DNA of 64,000 bases, from contig CAYNWW010000001.1 of NCBI GenBank assembly GCA_964401055.1, positions 105,003-169,002 of the forward strand, written 5' to 3'. Below are positions 57,949-64,000 of this stretch, piece after piece (position 1 is the first letter of the stretch; every line of letters starts with the position of its first letter). The position numbers and the translations under genes are program-made. The notes under the pieces were generated by a model, which did not search any database, was not told the origin of the DNA, and worked only from the letters and a program-made list of their open reading frames with translations. This DNA is from an uncultured Candidatus Saccharibacteria bacterium (GTDB lineage: Bacteria > Patescibacteriota > JAUYIX01 > CAYNWW01).

Positions 57949-58780
57949 GAACAACCTCTCCATCGCGCAGGAGTATGATGCGATCCGCGCGAGCGGCGAC
58001 TTCCGCATCGTGTGTGACGATGATCATGGTTGTGCCTCGTTCGCGGTTAATCTGCGTGAGTAATTGTAAAATATCATGGCCAGTCGCGCGATCGAGATTA
58101 CCGGTTGGTTCATCTGCGAGAATCAACCGGGGTTGGGCAATCAACGCGCGCGCGATCGCGGTGCGTTGCATTTGGCCGCCGCTGAGCTGGCTCGGCAAGT
58201 GAGTAAGTCGATCGCTCAGCTGAACCGATTCAATCGCCTCTTCAGCCGCATGTCTTCGCGCGGCGCCATTTTTTGAAGTGAAGAGCAGTGGAATTTCCAC
58301 ATTTTCTCGGACCGACAAATATGGCTGGAGATAAAAAAACTGAAACACAAAACCGACCGTCGTATTGCGGTAATGTGACAGCTCGCCATCGTTGAGTTGG
58401 GAAATTTGTTTATTAAATACGCTGACCGCACCTTTGTCCGGACTCTCAAGACCGCCAATCAGGTTGAGCAATGTACTTTTTCCACTCCCGCTTGGACCCA
58501 TAATGGCAACAATTTCACCTTCAAACACGCGAAGTGAGATATCGCGAAGCGCGGTGACATCATGATCCCCCAACCGATAAGTGCGACTCATGTGATCGAC
58601 GTCGACAGCGATTTTTTTATCGTGGCGATCTTGCGAGCTTGTTTTGCGACTGAGGCGACGCGCAAGCTCTGTCTCGACTTCTGCGCGCGCAGCTTTCAAG
58701 ACTGCATCAACGCTGCCTTGGTAGGATTGCTCCGCCAGTGTCGCTAATTGGTCGCGAATTGCGCGAGGGAATTCAGCCAT
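57941..58780 (-). CDS. ABC transporter ATP-binding protein (LolD/MacB-like)
   Basis: GPSGSGKS, LSGGQMQR, LADEPTGNLD. Confidence 0.93.
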   Translation of the reverse strand: MAEFPRAIRDQLATLAEQSYQGSVDAVLKAARAEVETELARRLSRKTSSQDRHDKKIAVDVDHMSRTYRLGDHDVTALRDISLRVFEGEIVAIMGPSGSGKSTLLNLIGGLESPDKGAVSVFNKQISQLNDGELSHYRNTTVGFVFQFFYLQPYLSVRENVEIPLLFTSKNGAARRHAAEEAIESVQLSDRLTHLPSQLSGGQMQRTAIARALIAQPRLILADEPTGNLDRATGHDILQLLTQINRERGTTMIIVTHDAEVAARADRIILLRDGEVVHD

Positions 58781-58806
58781 CGCACTCCGAGCCTCCGGGC
58801 TATGAA

Positions 58807-60618
58807 TTAATTTCCTTGCTTTTGTTTGCGGCGTGCTTCAGTTTCATCCAAAATCATCTTGCGAATGCGAATATTTTTCGGCGTTACTTCCACCAGTTCA
58901 TCATCTCCAATATATTCCATCGCATGTTCCAAGTCCATCAGCAATGGTGTGTTGAAATGTTCGCTTACGCCGTCGCCTTTGGAGCGCATGTTGCTGAGTT
59001 GTTTTGCCTTGCAGACGTTGACGCGAAGGTCGCCGCTGCGTGCGTGTTGACCCACGACCTGACCTTTGTAAATCGGTACACCGGATTCAAAGAACAATTG
59101 TCCGCGATCCTGTGCGTTGAGCAAGCCGTACAAGTTGGTGGTGCCGGTTTCAAATGCGACGAGCGAGCCCTGATCTTTTTCTTTCCAGGCGCTTGAATCT
59201 TCGCCATATTCTTCAAATGTTGAGTTCATAATGCCGAGGCCTTTGGTGTCAGTCAAAAATTTGCTGCGGTAACCAAACAAGCCGCGAGTCGGCACGCGGA
59301 ATTCGATAAATGCAATGCCGTTGACGATTTGCATGTCGCTCATTTCGCCATGACGGCTGCCAATGCGCTGAATCACAGTGCCGGAATATGCCTCAGGAAC
59401 TTCGACGGACAAGCGCTCAAACGGTACTAGCGTTTTTCCATCCACTTCTTTTGCGATCACTTGCGGACGCGCAACCTGGAATTCGTATCCTTCACGACGC
59501 AGGCGCTCAATCAAAATTGCCAAATGCAATTCGCCGCGACCGCACACAATCCAGTTGCTGTTTGGGCCATCTTCGACGCGCAGCGCCATGTCGGTCTCAA
59601 GCTCTTTCATCAAACGATCACGAATCTGGCGTGAGGTGGTAAATTTTCCTTCTTTGCCCGCAAACGGAGAATCATTGATGCTAAACGTCATTTTGACCGT
59701 CGGCTCGGAAATCGCCAACAATGGCAGCGCGACTGGTTGCGCAGGATCCGCGATGGTTTCACCGATCGTGACTTCGTCAATACCGGAGATCGCCACGATG
59801 TCGCCTGCTTTTGCTTCTTTGATCTCAACGCGACTCAAGCCGTCAAATCCCATCAAAGATACCAGGCGTTCTTTTTTCGCCACGCCGAGTCGGTTGATGT
59901 GCACGATTTCTTGACCGGCACGAATCACGCCGTTGTGAATGCGGCCGGTAGCAATGCGACCCTTGAAGTCATCGCCGCTGATCGTCGTCACGAGCATTTG
60001 CAACGGTTTTGTGGCATCGCCGGTCGGTGCAGGCACATATTTCAGAATAGTTTCAAAAATTGGCGCGATGTCGGTCATCGTGTTAATGTCTTCGCTCAAG
60101 CCGGCCTTACCTTGTTTGGCTGATGCATACACCACTTGGAAATCAGCCGCGCTGTCGTCGGCGCCGAGCTCGATAAACAAATCAAATGTCTTGTCCAACA
60201 CATAATCCGGTCGTGCGTCCGGCTTGTCGATTTTATTGATGACCACAATGATCTTGAGTTTCATCTGCAACGCCTTTTTCAGCACAAAGCGTGTCTGCGG
60301 CATCGGGCCTTCTTTTGCGTCTACCAGGAGCAAACAGCCATCAGCCATACTCAACACGCGCTCGACTTCGCCGCCAAAATCCGCGTGTCCCGGCGTGTCG
60401 ATAATGTTGATTTTGTCATCGCCCCACATCACGGACGCATTTTTTGAAAAAATGGTAATGCCGCGCTCGCGTTCGAGTTCGTTGTTGTCCAAAATCAATT
60501 CGTGGCTCGTCTCTTCCTTGGTAAATCGAGTCTGAGATTGGCGCAGCATGGCGTCGACAAGTGTCGTCTTGCCGTGGTCAACGTGCGCGATAATGGCGAT
60601 GTTTCTCATGGTGCTCAT
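58807..60618 (-). CDS. typA: Translational GTPase TypA/BipA
   Basis: [39 protein letters not shown]. Confidence 0.96.
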   Translation of the reverse strand: MSTMRNIAIIAHVDHGKTTLVDAMLRQSQTRFTKEETSHELILDNNELERERGITIFSKNASVMWGDDKINIIDTPGHADFGGEVERVLSMADGCLLLVDAKEGPMPQTRFVLKKALQMKLKIIVVINKIDKPDARPDYVLDKTFDLFIELGADDSAADFQVVYASAKQGKAGLSEDINTMTDIAPIFETILKYVPAPTGDATKPLQMLVTTISGDDFKGRIATGRIHNGVIRAGQEIVHINRLGVAKKERLVSLMGFDGLSRVEIKEAKAGDIVAISGIDEVTIGETIADPAQPVALPLLAISEPTVKMTFSINDSPFAGKEGKFTTSRQIRDRLMKELETDMALRVEDGPNSNWIVCGRGELHLAILIERLRREGYEFQVARPQVIAKEVDGKTLVPFERLSVEVPEAYSGTVIQRIGSRHGEMSDMQIVNGIAFIEFRVPTRGLFGYRSKFLTDTKGLGIMNSTFEEYGEDSSAWKEKDQGSLVAFETGTTNLYGLLNAQDRGQLFFESGVPIYKGQVVGQHARSGDLRVNVCKAKQLSNMRSKGDGVSEHFNTPLLMDLEHAMEYIGDDELVEVTPKNIRIRKMILDETEARRKQKQGN

Positions 60619-60706
60619 ACGGGTATAAAAAAATGAACCGGCCGTGCCGGGTATATAAAAATTTGTACAAATAGATTATACTATAAAAAAATAAACTTGG
60701 CAACAT

Positions 60707-62305
60707 ATGGCTCCTGAAATCCCTTCGTTTCCTGAGCATCGCGCGTTTACGCGTGCGGAAAAACCAACACAACCACCACTCGACCCTATGCTGGAAGCCC
60801 AGCTCTACGAGGCTCTAACAGAACCACCGGAAAGTCACATTCCACATGAAGACGCCGTCGAAGTGCTTGGCGCGATCGACGAAGCAACTGAGACCGAACC
60901 ATTGGTCGAACAACGTTCGCCGTCTTTTGAAATGCCCGCCGAGATTCATGATCAACTCAAGCTGTGTGAGCAACAATTTGGTCATACAATCGCTCGCCGA
61001 GCGGAAGCTGCTATCCAAGAACAGCTCGCGCTTGTCCATATGGCCGATGAATTTGCTGCACATCTTCCACAGGAAGCCTTGAAACAATTTGAAGCAAAGC
61101 GCAGGAGTGCGGAAATCAAAGCAGCAACAAGCGCTCTTGAGCGCACAAAAGAATCGTACATGAGCCGGTTTGGGCTTGAAAACAAAGACGCGCTCAAATC
61201 ACTTCTTGCTGACACGATTCACAGCATCTATACCGAGACACAGGGAAGAAATCCCGAGCACATTCTTGAAGATTTTCAACTCATATCCGCAATGAGTATT
61301 GATTTGGACGGACTTAAAGCAATCAATGATTTTTTGGATCACGAGCACGGAGATAAATACCTTCAATTTTATACCAGCACATTTAAATCAACTTCCGAAC
61401 CGATGCGCGCAGTAAACCAGCTTGCGCGCGTGCGATCATTTTCTGCTGGCTCTGACGAGATATTTTTACTTATCGATGCACGCGAGGTGCTTCGGCCGTT
61501 TGCTCGCGATTTGGAAAAAGATGGTGTTGTGGCTCAGGAGATCAGCAGCCGTCTTGCGTTTGAAATGAACGCATTGGTGACGAAAATTCAGCACGAATTT
61601 CAGCGAGCCTTGTATAAAGCAGACCTCAAGCACCTCGATATTTTTAATCTGGACGCAATCCCATTAAACAAACTAGATGCCGTCTTTGCGCCCTTTCGAA
61701 GTCCTTCCGGTCAGTTTAAAGAAGGCGTTGAATTCCGTGCGACGTTTGGCGTCGGTGCGGCAACGCTGTATGATTCTTTTACTTCAGCAGAAACGAGTCG
61801 CGAGATAGAGTCAATTACCGCACGAATCCAAAAGCTCAAGGACGATGCTGTGCGCGCTCGTCCGCGCGCCCGACGCGACATTGAGCATGCTATTGGCGAA
61901 GCACAAGCGCTGCTTTCCAAAACACTTTTGTATGTTCTCAACCTTGCCGATCGGCGAATGAACGAGCACAAAAAGACAGGAAAAGGGTCGCGCGAGCACG
62001 GTAATTATTACAAGGAAATCCTTTCGCCTGAGGACTGGATTGCCATTGAATTAGATCCTGATCTGGCCGAGCAAACGCGCCTGTCTGAGCAATTGACATT
62101 TATGCTTTCTTTGCGCACTAAAGAAGCCCGCGACATGCAGGAGCTTATCAAGGAGATGAAGGATCAATTGGAAGAGTCGCGTCGTCGCATTGCCGAACTG
62201 GGCGCCGCACAAGAAAAAACAGTTCACCAGTTGGAGGGAAATATTCGCCAACTCACTGCGCGCCTAGACCGAGCACAACAAGAGCTTCGCGAGCGTAAAA
62301 AATAA
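60707..62305 (+). CDS. Divergent GGDEF-like protein with coiled coils
   Basis: DLDGLKAINDFLDHEHGDKYL, GSDEI, TFGVG, ADRRMNEHK. Confidence 0.7.
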   Translation: MAPEIPSFPEHRAFTRAEKPTQPPLDPMLEAQLYEALTEPPESHIPHEDAVEVLGAIDEATETEPLVEQRSPSFEMPAEIHDQLKLCEQQFGHTIARRAEAAIQEQLALVHMADEFAAHLPQEALKQFEAKRRSAEIKAATSALERTKESYMSRFGLENKDALKSLLADTIHSIYTETQGRNPEHILEDFQLISAMSIDLDGLKAINDFLDHEHGDKYLQFYTSTFKSTSEPMRAVNQLARVRSFSAGSDEIFLLIDAREVLRPFARDLEKDGVVAQEISSRLAFEMNALVTKIQHEFQRALYKADLKHLDIFNLDAIPLNKLDAVFAPFRSPSGQFKEGVEFRATFGVGAATLYDSFTSAETSREIESITARIQKLKDDAVRARPRARRDIEHAIGEAQALLSKTLLYVLNLADRRMNEHKKTGKGSREHGNYYKEILSPEDWIAIELDPDLAEQTRLSEQLTFMLSLRTKEARDMQELIKEMKDQLEESRRRIAELGAAQEKTVHQLEGNIRQLTARLDRAQQELRERKK

Positions 62306-62307
62306 AA

Positions 62308-62336
62308 AACGCGCCATGTTGTGACATGAGCGCGTT
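62308..62336. terminator. Hairpin between convergent genes
   Basis: AACGCGC-CATG..CATG-A-GCGCGTT. Confidence 0.6.
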
Positions 62337-62353
62337 AAGTAAAAAAAATAACG

Positions 62354-62650
62354 CTAAGCTCTTTGTTTGATTTCTTCTAACAGGGAGAGAACCTTTTGTC
62401 TCTCCCCTTCAGGCACATCTCCTCCTTCGATGCCGGATATTTTTTGGTGCAAATCGATCGCGAAATGCACAATTTTTGTTGTGTGAATTTTCGCTGCGCG
62501 AGCAAATTCAAAAAATTTTCCAACAGTTCCTGAGGCATATCCTCCGCGCAAACTTTCTTCACTAACCGAAAATACCAATGCAGTATAAATAGGTTCAACA
62601 TGCGCCTTAAACCTCTGAACATCCGCATCATTTACCTGCAACTGACTCAC
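62354..62650 (-). CDS. Small orphan protein
   Basis: AGGAGG 6 nt before GTG 62650; promoter TTGCTT-17-TATAGT at 62725-62753. Confidence 0.6.
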   Translation of the reverse strand: MSQLQVNDADVQRFKAHVEPIYTALVFSVSEESLRGGYASGTVGKFFEFARAAKIHTTKIVHFAIDLHQKISGIEGGDVPEGERQKVLSLLEEIKQRA

Positions 62651-62794
62651 GCACAACCTCCTCAAGTTGAAAATTGAACTCACATTACTCAACTGTGACA
62701 TGCACTTGCGCTGAGTAAGTGCTCACTATAAACCAAATCGCAAATAAAAGCAAGCCCACTAAAACCAAAAAGACCCCCAACTCTTTGTGATAGA

Positions 62795-63409
62795 TTATTT
62801 GCTCTCGATCGGTTTTGCCTGCACGACGAGGCGCTTTGTTGATGTCCATAGTGGCGTGCATGTATAAAGTGTTAGTAGGCGATCTTTTGTGGGTGCCTCA
62901 ATGGATGTTTGCGTTGGCGGCACTACAAACGTTTTTGTTACCTCATAATCATATTCAACACCTTGCCAAAACACAATAATTTTGTCCCCGATATGCACGC
63001 GATCGAGAAAAAAGAATGATTTTGGTCCGGATGTGTACAAATAGCGGTGAGCGCTAAGCACTAGATTGCCGTGTGTCGGGTCACCAGTGCGCGGTCGATG
63101 CCAAATCCCTTTTGCAAGTACAGCATCAGAGTTACCTTCAAAAATGAGTCCATCAACCCCGATTCCCGGAATCACGAGTGTATTTTCTTTTGGTACTTGT
63201 TTGAGCTGCGCAGCCGCCTCCGCTCCTAGGTCAGTGCGCGCAAGGACGGATTGATACGTGTAATTTGTTTGCGGGCGCTGCTTGCCCTGGACAATCAGGA
63301 GGGCATATGGCGCAATCGGTGCCAGCCCAATAAAAATCGCTGCACAGCCGACTGCGAGAATAAGTCCCGTGTTGATTTTTTTTAGAGTCGAAAGCTGAAC
63401 GGGCCGCAT
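62795..63409 (-). CDS. Sortase
   Basis: N-terminal TM, LSAHR, LTLYTC, RLVV; start likely 63409. Confidence 0.9.
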   Translation of the reverse strand: MRPVQLSTLKKINTGLILAVGCAAIFIGLAPIAPYALLIVQGKQRPQTNYTYQSVLARTDLGAEAAAQLKQVPKENTLVIPGIGVDGLIFEGNSDAVLAKGIWHRPRTGDPTHGNLVLSAHRYLYTSGPKSFFFLDRVHIGDKIIVFWQGVEYDYEVTKTFVVPPTQTSIEAPTKDRLLTLYTCTPLWTSTKRLVVQAKPIESK

Positions 63410-63410
63410 G

Positions 63411-64000
63411 TTACGCAAATTTGCGGTAGCGACGAATTGCTTCAAGCGCCAGAAGAAGAGCTGCGCTTACAAAGAGCGGTGTTGATGCGTTTGATCCGGT
63501 ATCTGCAAGTGTTGCTACGGTCTCGGTTGATGGTGTTTCATTACCCTGGTTTGTAACAGTCTCAGTTGAAGTTTCTGTGATGCCGCTTGTAGTTGGCGTA
63601 GGACTCACTACGCTTGGCGTAGGAGTGGGAGCAGGAGCAGGAGCAACCGTAGGATTTCCGGTAATTTCTGGATTTGGGGTCACGACTGGTGTAGCTGCTA
63701 CTGAGGTGGTCGCAGTCGAGCTATTGTTTCCAGATGCTGGGTCAGTAAGAGCGCTTGCAACAGTCGCAGTGTTGGAAATTGTTCCTGTGGTACCTGCATT
63801 AATCGTAGTCACAACTGTAAAGGTTGCGCTTGCGCCAGCCGCCAGCGTGCTTGCAGTGCAGGTAATCAAGCCTGTTGTAGTTTGAGATACGGTGCATGCT
63901 GAGCTTGTGCCCTGAGAAACAAACGTAACCGTTGAAGGAAGTTGATCAGTCACAACAACCGCTGTAGCTGGGTTTTGGCTATTATTAGTAACAACAAGTG
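63411..64000 (-). CDS. DUF11-domain surface protein with LADTG sorting signal (5' end outside the window)
   Basis: VVVTDQLP..DPASGNNSS; Thr/Pro stalk; LADTG + hydrophobic segment + RRYRK. Confidence 0.85.
   Translation of the reverse strand, partial: LVVTNNSQNPATAVVVTDQLPSTVTFVSQGTSSACTVSQTTTGLITCTASTLAAGASATFTVVTTINAGTTGTISNTATVASALTDPASGNNSSTATTSVAATPVVTPNPEITGNPTVAPAPAPTPTPSVVSPTPTTSGITETSTETVTNQGNETPSTETVATLADTGSNASTPLFVSAALLLALEAIRRYRKFA

Noticed and set aside
60707-62305. Cas10 or reverse-transcriptase palm domain
   Set aside because: No GGDD or YxDD motif, HD domain or associated genes; the motifs match the GGDEF family
1-64000. Stop-codon recoding (TGA as Gly) as in some CPR lineages
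   Set aside because: Conserved genes are full length in code 11, and several end in TGA overlapping the next ATG

Overview
A gene-dense bacterial window, almost all on the minus strand. It most likely comes from a Patescibacteria/CPR (Parcubacteria-like) genome; this is inferred from DUF4012- and DUF5656-like genes, an archaeal/eukaryotic-type ProRS and CPR-style surface repeats. About 45 kb is a large surface-glycan cluster: GT2/GT4 enzymes, a priming transferase, two Wzz-like proteins, a flippase, two O-antigen-ligase-family proteins, Ugd, a GalE-like epimerase and rmlBDA, with rmlC displaced. It is interrupted by rnpB, rplI, ctpA, two S8/FG-GAP proteases and an AAA+-wHTH gene. The rest holds htrA, proS, prsW, a nuclease, an M23 peptidase, capA, an ABC exporter, typA, a degenerate GGDEF protein, and a sortase with its substrate. 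The most striking pattern is two expression grammars. Many core genes look leaderless (TANNNT 5-7 nt before the start codon). In contrast, about seven orphan islets typically have a promoter, a 5' hairpin at the predicted start site, a strong AGGAGG-type Shine-Dalgarno (SD), secreted or membrane orphan genes and a hairpin terminator. Two adjacent islets end in the same 91-bp element. Islet cargo includes an apparent outer-membrane beta-barrel and a protein with an internal sorting signal fused to a second signal peptide. No CRISPR array, tRNA, rRNA, integrase or transposase was seen. All calls were made by eye, without database searches.
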